Shown: piece by piece, positions 35,273 through 50,279 of the stretch
Position numbering within the stretch: the stretch's first letter is position 1
Layout of the letters: the number at the start of each line of letters is the position of its first letter
Origin: Adineta vaga
Taxonomy: Eukaryota > Animalia > Rotifera
DNA: 64,000 nt
Direction of reading: 5' to 3'
Assembly (NCBI GenBank): GCA_021613535.1
Contig: CP075495.1
Coordinates: forward strand, 7,750,001 to 7,814,000
The notes under the pieces: generated by a model
Databases searched by the model: none
Seen by the model: the letters and a program-made list of their open reading frames with translations, nothing else
Told to the model about the DNA's origin: nothing
Made by a program: the position numbers and the translations under genes

Positions 35273-38200
35273 CTATTTCAAAACGATTTTCCAAATAAAA
35301 ATTTCATTCGATGACGTACTTATTAATAAATTATTTGATTTAGTAAATTTTATGTTTGATATCATATCACTATGACCAACAAAATCCTGAAATGTTTCCT
35401 GAGTATAATCTTTTAATTGAACTAATCGTTCTTTAGTGCCAAGTGCAATAAAACGATTTGTAGATTTTCTATTTGATAGATCAAAAGATGAACACCATTG
35501 GTGTAATCCCATAGTTCGGATGATTTGTTTCGTATCGATATGATAAATTTGAAGACATTTATCAAAACCATAGCCAGTATATATAATTAAATTCGTATCA
35601 ATAAAATGTGCTAAACTAGGTGAAAATGATTGCCAGTCATCATTTGAATCACGTGCAGTAAATTTTAACCAATCAGTTAATGAGCATATATTAAATTCTG
35701 AGTTTGATTTCCATAAACTAACACGTCGATCATGACTTGCAATTAGCCATAGATAGGAATTGTTTTCTGATGATTTCATTGAATCAAGACTACAAATTGA
35801 TGCTGGACCACGATGTTCGTTGAGAACACGTAAGAGAAGACCTTGAACTAGATTCGATATTGCTATGGAACCATCAGATGCACCAGAAATACTGATGATG
35901 GCTAAAAATTATACATAAAGAAGAATGTTGTTCTTGATTTTTAGGATACAAACTGTGAGAAGGAACATGGACGGCGGTCACTGAAGATGTATGTGGTTGT
36001 AATTTTCGTATCATTTGCTCATGTGCTATATTAAAAATTCGTAATGTACCATCATCGTATCCAGCAACGACAGATCGTGCCGATGATTTGATGTTTTTTG
36101 TCACATCTGATGAATGTGATGAACTTAGTATTGTTACGATTGGATTATCCCATGATGTTAAACATGTGACTTTCTAAAATATATTACATGAAAAGTATGA
36201 AAATTTATTTGGATCCAACAAACATACTAATCCATTAATATTGAAACGAAGAATTTCATTTCGATTATTCAATTGAAAGATACGTATTGTACCATCAAGA
36301 CTACTAGTAACAATGTGAGTATCTTCAATGGAAATAAGACCAGTTATTTGATCTGTATGTGATGTAATAAGACGTGTTTTGGATCTATCCGTCGTCCAAG
36401 AGATATACCATAAAGATCCACATAATGTTCCAACTATTCCCATATCAAATACATTATCGAATGCTGCACTTATAATCCCATCATCTAATTGAAATTCGTC
36501 TTCCATCGTTATTCCATAATTACTAAAATAAGAGAGATTTCTATTCTACTCTAATGAATGTGTTTGAAAGTAGGAACTCACGTATCGGTTGTATTCGATT
36601 GTCCTAAGTTCATTTCAAGATCTTCTGTATTCCATAATTTTAAACATCCAGTTGATGAGCCAGTCAATAATTTATGTTTAATCGTTGCTATATAGGATAT
36701 TTCAGTGGAATCCGCTTTCCAATGGAGAACACATAAACATAATCGACTATTCCAACAAGTGATAAATCCGTTGTTTGTTGCACATAAAACAAGATTTACA
36801 GTTGATGATGTTAGATAAGTACATGCAGTTATTTCACATGATTTTTTCGTATGTTCATTTAAGATTATTGGAATAGTTCCACTAACAACTTGTAAATTTA
36901 TATCATTTTCATCTGTTTGTTCATTGACATTGATAGTACAAATACGAATAGTACTATTTGAACCACCAATACAAAATTCATTTGAACGAATTGGATTCCA
37001 TGAAAGGCAATTTATATAAGTTGTAGAGAAATCATCTTGCCAATTGAGTAAATGAGAATAATTCTTGGTTGACCAAATAGCAACTATTGGTTTCCGATAA
37101 TTTCCAATACTAATCAGATAACAATTATCTCTATAAACCGATAAATTATAGTAGAAAATAAAAGATCTTCTCAAATGATTTTACTTCGAAAATGCCATTG
37201 TTTGTATCGCTTGAACAGAAGAATGAAAAGAGCATTTTTGTTGAAGTTTATTCGTGTCCCAAATAATCACCTTCGTTGATTGTGATTTTTCTGCTTTTTT
37301 TGCCGGTGCACATTGAGCACTTGCTAAGATCGTTCCATCGTTGGATAAAGTCATAGTTGAGATTTCTTCTGTATGTCCTATGGAAAATGAAATTTTGAAG
37401 ATAAATAAGTAATTATAATATTTAATGTACCTGTTAATATAGTTTGCTGATTACTATTCAGATCTTCTGCAATAATATTACAACCAACTGTATATGCAAA
37501 GAAACCGGTATGCGGATACCAGACAAGATTTTCTCTTCCATTACCATTATAACCAATAATTGAATGAAGTTTCATACTTTCTTGATTTGTCGCAGCAAGA
37601 TATCGTTTCTAAATGAATGAGGAAAAAAGATGAACTTCTCGTTTGTATATGAAAACCAATCGATCGAATTACTTTGGCTAATTGAGAATGATTAGTACGT
37701 TGTACGAAATGACGTCGAACGGAAATAGGAAAAGAAGAATCTTCATCAGAAGATTGTTTTGTTAAAAATTGCTTTTTATTCATTTTCCTAGAAAAAAGAA
37801 GTTGTTGTTGAAACTTTTTTCAACGAAATTTGACAATTTATTGATTTACTTTTCTCCTTGAATAATAATGATTTTTTGATCAATTTCTGATGTTGATAAT
37901 GAACGTGTTATTGCTCGAGCAGTATATTCACCACCTATTTGCTGAGGATAACGAAGAATACCTGGTCGATTTGATTTTGATTGTACTACTGTATTTTCAA
38001 GAACTTCAAAAACAAACTTTCAATGAACAATTTTCAAGCTTTCTATATTTACTTTTTGTCATGACAGATTGTGGAGGAACAATACATTGTGCATCACTAT
38101 AAAATCAGATTTTTTTATCCATAAATACATGTCTACAGATTTCTTTTTCGATTAAATTCCTTACTTTGGCATTGCGGGTTGCACAGTATTCCAAGCGAGT

Positions 38201-41200
38201 ACATCCCAAATTAAAATGGAATTTCCAATACTAATCACATGCATATTATCATCCGTAAAAAGAATCTTCCGTACATGATCTGAATGACCAACAAAACTCT
38301 AAAGTAAATGTTTGTTAATATGTTTTTCGTTTTCAATGAAATAGTTTTTACCTGAAAATTGACATCTAATTCCATATTTGCATTCCAAAATTTTAATATC
38401 TTATCACCACTAGTTATGAGATACTGATTATCAGATGATATTGCTAAACAATCAATTGACTGTTTATGTACATTCTCAATCTAGAAGATATAATAAAATG
38501 GAAAGATCTATAAAAATAAAGCTATCTTACAATATTTAATAGTTGTCCACTATAAGAATCGAATTTCAACAATTTGAAATTTACTGTTGCTACTAGAAGT
38601 TGATGATTAGGTGCAAAACGTGCATATAAACCTGATTCAGCCGATGTTATCGTTCGTTGTTCAGCTGTTATAAATGTACAACTACTAATATCGATACGTA
38701 ACAATTGATTCAAAGAATTTGTTTCAATAATTGTAACGATATATTCAGTCGGTCCAATATAAACAATATATTTGCCATCTGAACTAATAGAAAGTGGCAT
38801 TGGACTTTTCTTTGAAACTATTAGCGCTTTATCAATTGCTTTTAGTAATTTATAATTATTAGTTGCATCTGATAGACATAAATCACCTTCTTCATCACAA
38901 CTTACTAAATACGATCCATTGAATGAATAGAGTACACCAGTAACATTAACGGAATGATGTCTACAAGAAAAACCTAGTCATGATTCAATAACATAAAGAA
39001 GCTCTATTTTTACTTTATTTCATTTGTTATAATTGATGTATTCAAATCAAATATTTTGATTGTTCCATTATTAAATCCACAAGCAAAGGTCTGTCGATTT
39101 GGTGTATATACAATAACAGTTGGTACTTCTTTTTCCGAAGAAAATTCTGATAATTGTTTTCCTGTACGAAAACACCAAATACGTATCGTACCATCTTGAC
39201 CAACACTAATCATTTGTTTTCTAATATGATCATAATCAATATCAGTAATATATTTTGTATGTGTTCGAATTAAATTTAAATGTGCTTTCGTCACAAGATT
39301 TAATACATTTATCGAGTCAGATAATGTGGAAATTAAAACACGAGTTTGATCAGATGAACATATTAAACCACAAATAGCTTGATCATATTTAGCTTCAATA
39401 TAAACTTGAGAGAAATCCGTTGACCAAACGCGAACATAACCATCATAGGAGCCTGTGATACAAAATTGATTGGTACATGTTAATTTCGAGATAGTAAATG
39501 TTGATTCTTTGTTCATGGTTAGCTTATCAGATAGAGAATGCATTCGAATGATTCGTTTTTCATCATATAATATTTCAAGAATTTGACCAGATTTTGTCGT
39601 GATATAAACAATGATTTCATTCATTTGACTATTTGTAAAATTATCAAATTGTAAATCAGAATATTCGAAATAATCATTATGGTTGACAGGTATGTTGATT
39701 GATTTGAAATCATTCTCATTCGTAATATTCCAAAAACGGATGTTATTCAAACCAACTGATATAAAATTTGTTGTACTATTGGGAAGAAATCGTATATGTG
39801 AAATAGATATATCGGTTGTTGCTCGAGATAATAATTCAATGGAACCTTTCGAAGCATTGGAAGTATTATAAATACAAATTACTGTACGAGATTGTTCATC
39901 ATAACCGATCAGAATCAAACATGAAGATGAATTCATACTGCCAAAATCCATTGCATAAAGATTATGTGTATTTAAAACACGACTAGCATGAATACAACGA
40001 CGTGTTTCAAATTTCCATATACGAACGATAGCTAGAAAAATATAGAAAACATCATTGTGATAAACTATTCCATACATTGCTTACCATTTATTCCTGTTTG
40101 TATCGATGCTAATATTGATGAATGATTATTGTATGCAATCGCACTTATTTGATCTGTATGTCCTATGAAAAACCATTGTTGTTGTGTTTCAACATGCATT
40201 TGAATAATGATAGCATTCGATGGATATAGAACATAATTACTATCATTTGTCCATAATAAATTACTGATACCATCGCTTAGACCGATAGATGTACGTAAAC
40301 GAAGAATCGGATCAGGTAAAAGTGTTCGTTGATGAGGCTGTTGTTGACGATCGATTGTTAAAGCAAGATCATAATTAGAATCATCTACGATCGATGATGA
40401 TGAAGGAAGCTTTTGTGGATTAACAAATAGATGAACACCATCATTATGATCGTGTATTGCTAACGCAGAAGAATCATTCAGATTAGGTAATGTTGAGAAA
40501 TGATCAACTGGATTAGGATAAGTTCGCCAATTGAGCTAAATAAACGAAATAAAAACAAAGAGTGTTTCAAAGGTATAAAAGTTTTAAAAAAAAGAGTATA
40601 CTTGATTATCCTTTGTCGATGCAGATCTTTCTGTAATTCGTGCAAAATCAGTTAATGATCTTGTAATTTGTCCATTAATGACTGTTGTTTGTGCTGTCAA
40701 TGGTAATATTTCATTATTTTTAATATCATCAAAATTTTCATCAGTATTATCTAATTTTCTTGGTGTTGGTAAACGAACATTACCGACTTTATCAAATGGT
40801 TCGTTTTGATTTTTTCCCATCAATGAAGATGTATTAGGAAACATGATAAAATCATATTTATCATGCCAAGATTCACCTTTATCAAATGGATAGGATAATT
40901 CACGTGGTAATGAATGTATTCCAGCACGTACTAAACCTGTTCGTTTTGCTGTATCATTATCAATACCTGGTTCATATAGAAATTGTGACGTAAAACAATT
41001 CTTTACAAACATATTTCCACATAACTGAAATGATTTAATCATTTGATAGTGTTCATTAGCCATGTAAGTTAATAAAATCACATGTAAATCTAAACATAAT
41101 ACAGACCAATGAACATCAGTACCTGTTGTCATATATGGAAATTGAATTGTTGTTTGTGTAACTTTAAATTCTCGATATAGATTCGATAATGATATTCGTA

Positions 41201-41568
41201 TAAGATGTTGTTCATGTGTAAGAATATCGATATGTATACAAAAGTATTTATCAAAAGTCGGTCGAAATAGAACATAGAATAAACGACCTGTTAATGAAAG
41301 ATTTTGGTTTGGTGATTGAGATGGAAATTGTATATAATTATTTGCTGGTACTAAACCACGTATACGATAAACAGTTGATTTTATATCACGGTCCTTATTG
41401 AAGAAAAAAGAAGGATATTTTATAAATAAGATTTCTTTTCGAAAAAAAACAAATTCATTCTACCATGACTGGGGAAATGTCTCCTTGTTTCACACATTTT
41501 TTTGCTGAATTTATATCAAAATGTTTGAATATATTAACATATGGATGTTGCCAAGAAGTACTATTCAT
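35273..41568 (-). CDS. WDR90: WD repeat-containing protein 90 (POC16), N-terminal CFA20/DUF667 domain plus many WD40 repeats
   Basis: N-terminus MNSTSWQHPYVNIFKHF..KQGDISPVM|DRDIKSTVYRIRGLVPANNYIQFP..LSLTGR..; LCGNMFVKNCFTSQFLYEPG; LLPDPILRLRTSIG; IIGYNGNGRENLVW; FQDFVGHSD. Confidence 0.9.
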
Positions 41569-42133
41569 TTTGTTAAATCAAGAAAAATTAAATTCGTTAT
41601 TTCTTCTTCTTCTTCTCGTATCCACCATGACTCATGAACCAGAGAGGTCAAGTCGCCTAGCAGACCATCGTCATTATGTATTGAACCAGGCATCGATTGG
41701 AGAGACATCTATCATAACAAAAAGCTACGGAGCAATTTTTGGCAATGCTCTCTTCTGATAGTATAATAGTTTCAGATATACATGTTGCATGCTATAGAAA
41801 AAGGTTTCTATGTCCTACAATACGACTAGAGTTGAAGTCCATGAATTTAACTGATAACAAACGAGAAAATTATATATTTTATTTATACAGTATATATTAT
41901 AAAACAAATGCCTTTTTACTACAGGAAATATTGATGTCCATACTTTTACTCAACAGGTATCTTATCATTTAATGTACAACGAAGTTTTAGTAAAAATTTT
42001 TCTTTCATTATATCACAGGAGGAAAAAAACAAGAGTTTCATCGTAGATTAAAAATAAACAGGGTCCAGTTCTCTTGTTTATACTGAATTTTAGGTAAATT
42101 ATGATGATTGTCTGATAATGCAAGTGTAAAAGT

Positions 42134-43600
<1,467 letters not shown>

Positions 43601-44437
43601 GTTATTTCGAAAACAAATTGACTAGTGTGAAGTTTTATTGCTATGTTGAATGCTTTGATAATGTCTTGTCAGTAGTTTGACATTAAAATATATTACTTAC
43701 ATTCGTTACATGAATACGGCGTTTTTATATATTGGATTTTATTGCATCATCACTGTGATTCATTCATGTTCTGAAACGAAGGAAAGAACAGAGAGAAGGT
43801 AGACAAAAATATGAAAATATTCTTGCACATGTATGCCAACAGAATTAACACATGATGAATGAAATATATAAGCATAGAAATTAGAAATGCTATTGTATGC
43901 TTAAATGAGCAGTGTCTTTATCTAGGAAAATATGATTTGAGTTTTAGAGATCAAATTGAAAATAGTCACAAAAATATCAACAAGAATAAACGTAACAGTC
44001 TTTCATCTCATTATCTATGAAATTTACTTAAAAAAGGATTTTACATGTCGTCATTCCACAGTTGCAATCATTATCTATACACCGCAACTCCTTTTGTTAG
44101 TCATATCTAAGTGAAAATATCTAGCGCTAGAAAAGATATATCATGTCATGTTTTAGAGCGTCGGAATTATTACAATGATTATGAAATATCGCTGAGATCA
44201 ATACTTATCTTCATAGAGATTCTCTTGTCTATGACTAACTTCTGGCCTTGACACTTCCTAACGACATCTACTATTGAGATTTATCATTCGTTCTTTTTCT
44301 CATTTGCAGTAATTTACAGTCCAGAAGTGGTATAATTCTAGATAGTTAGATGTTGTTGTTTTGTATGAAAATTCGTCTTCATATTGACTATATTTCTAGT
44401 TTTAGATTAAATTGTGTCAGTGAGTATCGAAAGTAGA

Positions 44438-46120
44438 ATGTCATCTGTAGTATTACGTCGTTTGGCTATAAAATGTCGTCCATCAACGTCTATTTTTCAT
44501 GGACGAAGTTTCAGTACTAGTTCATCATCACTTAAGGAAACAAACACTAGTCAAAGTAGCGATACTGATACTACTACTCATTCAGCGGATACTCCACGAA
44601 CAATCACATTAATACCAGGTATGTAAACTTCAAATAAGAATCTAAATAATAGTTCGAATTTGATTTACACTAGGTGATGGTATTGGTCCGGAAATTTCAG
44701 CTAGCGTTCAGAAAATATTTGAAGCTGCAGAAATACCAATCAATTGGGAATCTGTTGATGTTACACCTGTCAAATCTGTAAGCAATAGTTTCCTAGAAGA
44801 TATTCTCTTTTATATATCTATGATTTTATTTAGGCTGATGGCAAATTTCGAATTCCTGCTCGAGCAATTGAATCGGTAACAAAAAATCGAATTGGTCTCA
44901 AAGGACCTTTAGCGACACGTAAGAAGAAGAAGATTTTCAAAATAGAAAAGAAAACTTCTTTTTATTCTATTCAGCTGTTGGTAAAGGACATCAATCACTT
45001 AATCTTGCTTTACGTAAACAATTTAATCTATTTGCAAATGTTCGACCATGTAAAACTCTTGAAGGTGATTATCCTCTTTTTAAGTTTGGAATATCGTTAA
45101 AAAAAATAAAGAAATTTCTGTATATTAAGGTTACGCAACACCGTATACTAATGTTGATCTTGTCACTATTCGTGAAAATACTGAAGGTGAATATTCAGGT
45201 ATTGAACATACAATTGTACCAGGTGTTGTTCAAAGTATTAAACTTATTACGGAACATGCATCTTTACGTGTATGTGAATATGCATTTCTCTATGCGAAAC
45301 AACACAAAAGAGAAAAAATCACTGTTGTTCATAAAGCAAATATTATGTAAGAAGATAGAATATGTTCTATTCAAATAATTCATTACGAAAAAAAATGATT
45401 ATTTTAGGCGTTTGTCCGATGGTTTATTTCTTCAAAGTGCACGTGATGTAGCTGAAAAATATCCCGAAATTAAATTTGAAGAAATGTATCTTGATACTGT
45501 CTGTTTAAAGGTTTGAATTTTCTTTTCTTTTCTTTTTCGAATGACAAATCAAGAATTGTTGATATTTTTTGTCTATAGATGGTTCAAGATCCAACTCAAT
45601 TTGATTGTCTCGTCATGCCTAATTTATATGGGGATATTTTAAGTGATCTTTGTGCTGGTCTCATTGGTGGATTAGGTTTAACCCCAAGTGGTAATATTGG
45701 TGAAGGTGGAGCAGCTATTTTCGAAGCTGTCCATGGTACTGCACCTGATATTGCTGGACAAGATTTAGCAAATCCAACAGCATTACTTTTAAGTTCTGTT
45801 ATGATGTTACGTCATTTACAAATGTTTGATAAAGCAGAACGAATTGAAAAAGCTTGTTTTGCCACAATTAAAGCGGGAAAGGTACGCTATGAGAAAATGA
45901 AAAGATCATTTACGTCATTCTCTAACTGCGAATTACCCTTGAACAGAATCTTATTTTAAGCTGCTGAAAAAAAACTTCAAATTTCAGAAATTTCTCTTTT
46001 TTTCTAATCACTAAAAACTCTATTATTTATATTTAGGTACTTACTGGTGATTTGGGTGGTAAATCAAAATGTTCAGAATATACTGCAGAGATCTGCAGAC
46101 ATATTAAAGATTCATCTTAA
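44438..46120 (+). CDS. IDH3A: Mitochondrial NAD-dependent isocitrate dehydrogenase subunit alpha
   Basis: Arg/Ser-rich transit peptide; [14 protein letters not shown]; [15 protein letters not shown]; [14 protein letters not shown]; [30 protein letters not shown]; [13 protein letters not shown]. Confidence 0.95.
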
Positions 46121-46467
46121 TCTCTTCTACACATTATAAATCTAGTCGAATGAATAGAATTAGTCACTTCTATTTGTATTTTTGTTCATCAAAATATCAA
46201 CTTATCCTTCTATTTCTTTTTTTCTCTCACTAGTCATTGACAAATCTTTCTATATAAACATACTCTCTATTTTGCTACTATCTCATAATATGTTCGAAAA
46301 ACAAAATCTTTTCTGTTTTGTTTTGTATGTTCATTTAGATTAACTTTTATGTTTTACGTGCTTTTTCCTTTTATTCTCTAACCTTTATTTTCTCGTACAG
46401 AATAAAATAATTTTAATAGAATGAAGAAAATAAAAAACCCATGAACCGTTCTTTTTCTAGAATAAAT

Positions 46468-48345
46468 ATGTTAACTTTACGACGTGTTTCAACTGTTTAT
46501 CAATATCTCTATCCCTTCTCATCGTATCAATATCGATTACAATCAAGAAAATCAGGCAATGATGATGATCAATTCATATTGACACATTCGAAGGAAGAAA
46601 AATCTATTAATACATCAAAAAATACATTTAAAAATAAAAGATCATATGCAAATGACAATAGAATAGAAAAGAAACAATCAATTCCTAGTAAAGAAAAAGC
46701 TTTTGATTTCATTTGATATAATATAAATTTTATTTTCAAAGATGAATCATTATCAAACAATAATGAAAAAAATCCTGCAGAAGATTATCGAAATTTGAAC
46801 ATTAAAAATGCGAATCAACGAAAAAAATTTGTTGAACAACGAAATCGATCACCGTCAAATGATAAAATGAATCTTGCTAAACCATTTAATATAACAGAAA
46901 AGAAACAAAAAAGAGAAGGACAACAAAAGTAAGAAAATAAACAGCAGTTATGATATATATATATTTATTTTCATCTTTTCAGAAAACTTCATCCACAAGT
47001 TATTCTTGATACGGAATCGAGTGAAGTAAAAAATTTAACTCGTCAAGTTGCTGATTCACTTACACCATCAAATACACCTATTGAAAGTAGTAATATAGAA
47101 CAAGAACTTCTTGATGTTCTACGTGGTCATCGTATTGTTAGTAAAAATACGCGACGAATGGAGAAAATGTCTGAACAACCTTCAGAAAAAGAATATTCAG
47201 AACAAAAACAATATCATAATCAGGAACGATCATCAACACGAAGACAAGCTCGTGTAACACCAGATAGTAAAATTGAAAACACAACTGAAGCTTTCTCGTA
47301 AGTTTAATAAGTTTCATATTAAAATTCTTCCTTTCATTGTTTGTAGATCTTTATTACGTGATATTAAATTAAATCCAACTCGTCCTACATCAAGATCAGC
47401 ATTGGAAGATGATTTTATTCGAGATGGTATGTAATTATAGATAAAATCGTCTCTAATGTGATATTCTATTTCGAAATAGCAATCGATGGATCTAAAGTTC
47501 AGCCAAGATTTAATGATAATCGTGAACAAAGACGTGATAGTAGTGACTCACGAAGACCGATGCGTGACAATAGACGTCGACAAGAATTTATGAGGTAAAT
47601 GGATATTTGACAGTGAGATATTTGTCATTTGAATTAATTTTGAATTTTGAATTCAAAGACCATATCAATTATGGAGTGGTGAACCATTAGGTATATTCAA
47701 TTCAAAAGGTATTTATCGTTTATTTAGTATGAAAATGAATTTTTTTATTCTTGAATATTTCTAGAACCATTCTCGAAACTTTCTGCGTTATGGGATAAAT
47801 ATGAAAAGGAAGAATTACTAAGAGTATCATCTATTCCACCAAGAAATGCTTTTGAAGAAATGATTCAATGGACTAAAGATGGTATTCTTTGGAAATTTCC
47901 AGTTGATAATGAACAAGGTTTGTTTATTCAAGAAACGAGAAAAACAAGATCAAATTAACATTCTTTTTTAGATATTGGTTCGGAAGGTGATGTTCCATTT
48001 TATGAACATGTTTTATTAGAACGTCATCTACATGATTTTCCTGCTTCTCCACTTATCCGCCAATTCATGGAACTTGTGTGTATTGGTCTCGGTCGAAATC
48101 CTTACTGGACAGCAGAACAAAAACTCGAACATATTAATTGGTTTCGAACATTTTTTAATGAAAAAATGCATATTTTGAATGAAACAGTTCATACAGGTGC
48201 ACTTAAAACATCAACATCACCATCAACTTCAAAGCCTGTTTCAACTTTTAAACCGAAACCAGCGCCACCACCACCACCACCGAAAGTTGTTCCAATTGTT
48301 ACTCCACCGCCGGCTGTCAAAACATCGACGGCGAGTAAAAAATAA
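46468..48345 (+). CDS. MRPS31: Mitochondrial small-subunit ribosomal protein mS31
   Basis: PPRNAFEEMIQWTKDGILWKFPVDNEQ|..VPFYEHVLLERHLHDFP..IRQFMELVCIGLGRNPYWTAEQKLEHINWFRTFFNEK is the MRP-S31 signature; Pro-rich C-terminal extension. Confidence 0.92.
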
Positions 48346-48364
48346 ACCTTGTATTGTTTTTGAT

Positions 48365-49321
48365 CTATTTGGTCGAATTAAAAAGATGTTCCTGAAGTTT
48401 TCTTTCACATTCATTTAAATGTGCGTAGAGTAGACAATGAAGTGCACGTATACGATATGGATCGAGTTGAGATTTGTCGATTTGTGGAAGAAAATAGGGA
48501 TAACGATTTCCGACACGAAAACCAAATGTTATTTCATCTCTGAATGTACGAAGAAATGTTTGTTGGTTACTATAAAATGTTTTCTCGAGATGCGAATGAA
48601 AATGTTCGTTTTTTGTTAAGGTAATATTTAAATAACCATGTAAAAGAAAACCTAAGTAGATATCATCATGATAATTTTCTCGTATACAACCATCAACATA
48701 TTGTGAAGGATTTTGAGTAAACGGTTTAAGAAGTTGAATCGTACGCTTTGAAAGACATACACCAGCACCTAATGTAGCAAACCAGAATGGATTAGGGTAC
48801 GGTTCTTTCGATCGTTTCACTGTGTCAGGCCATGAGTTCCGTCCAATATAATATGGAAAAGTTGAATCAAGAGTCGATAAATATTTTTGTAAATTATCTA
48901 CGTTGACATATTGATCATCATCAAAATGACAAAACCAATCATATCTTGACAAATGTTTTTGAAATAAGAGAAAATCATGTGCAGTTTTACAACATAAACT
49001 ACCCATTGTATGAGCATCAATTCCACATGTTTTTTTCGTTAGTATCATTCGACTTTTTGATATATTCGGTAAAATTGTATCCGTAGTAAAGAAGACATCA
49101 TTTTTTGCTAACGTTACCCATGTTTCGAGAAGATATATAAGACGTTTCTGATAAAAACGTGCACTAGTTCGAATAAGATAAAAAATGCGAACAGAATTAG
49201 ATGTTGGCGTATTCACGTGACCATGATTAGTTTGTTTTAACGAATGATAATAAATAGCAAGAGAACATAAAAAGATAATTAAGATATAAGTTCGATATGA
49301 ACAATGATTCAATAGGAACAT
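48365..49321 (-). CDS. Fringe-like beta-1,3-N-acetylglucosaminyltransferase (GT31), single exon
   Basis: Type II anchor; LLETW, LCCKT, WFCHFDDDQYVN, YIGR, FWFATLGAGVCLS, DDIYLG and FHSHLE Fringe motifs. Confidence 0.9.
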   Translation of the reverse strand: MFLLNHCSYRTYILIIFLCSLAIYYHSLKQTNHGHVNTPTSNSVRIFYLIRTSARFYQKRLIYLLETWVTLAKNDVFFTTDTILPNISKSRMILTKKTCGIDAHTMGSLCCKTAHDFLLFQKHLSRYDWFCHFDDDQYVNVDNLQKYLSTLDSTFPYYIGRNSWPDTVKRSKEPYPNPFWFATLGAGVCLSKRTIQLLKPFTQNPSQYVDGCIRENYHDDIYLGFLLHGYLNITLTKNEHFHSHLEKTFYSNQQTFLRTFRDEITFGFRVGNRYPYFLPQIDKSQLDPYRIRALHCLLYAHLNECERKLQEHLFNSTK

Positions 49322-50279
49322 TCGTCGACAATAATGACGACGGCAAAGTAAACAATAACAACATGAGTTGCGACCAACGTCAGGATATTGTGCTAGAAGA
49401 AATAGTTCTCATTTATCATCATGATATTACTAGAAATAGAAATAACTTTCTCATTGTTCTTTTGTCTGCTTTTTCTCGCTCTTCTTCGTTAGAAAATATT
49501 ACCCGACGGAGTTGATCTTAAACATTGCTGTTCTGATGGATTTGTCCGTGAGAGAAACATACAAACGAATGAGTAATCGAGAAGAAATAATTCACTCGTA
49601 TGGTAACATTCTTTCGTACGTTAAATGCCGTAAAAGATTTTGTTGAAAGAGAAAGAATACGAGACGAACAGAGCGAGAGACATTGATGTATTTATTGAAG
49701 GAAGAAAAGAAAGCATATGTCTGAATGTAAGAAGTTTTAAATTACACCATGATTTCTTTTTTACTGACGCTTAATTATAGTGAAGGAAAAAAAAATCAGA
49801 TTCTCGCATAACCGTCGTTATAATATGGATTTTATATATAACCCTTTTAAATGTATTTGCATTTGGCAAGCGATACGTTATGGAACCAGTTTATACTATA
49901 GCGAAAGATTAAAATAGAATTTCGTTGATGACAAAGATAAATATGTTGTGCTTTTAAAAAATTAATTAACGCAATACATTTAGAACTTTTAATTTCTAAT
50001 AAATAAGTCATGAAGAAATATTGTAATCAAGATTAAATTCCATATGAAAAAGAGTGATGGATTTTCAAATTTACAAAAGATTCTTTATTATTTTAATCAA
50101 AAGGGAAAAGAAGAAAGATATAAATTGTATTGAATATGATAGATAGAATGTTATGCATCGTTGCTTTCTCCTCGTGATATTTTCTATTCGCAGACTCTAC
50201 ATGAAATATTTCATATATTTATCACTGAACATAAATATAATTTTGTTTGATATATATATATATTGTAGATAAAATCCAA

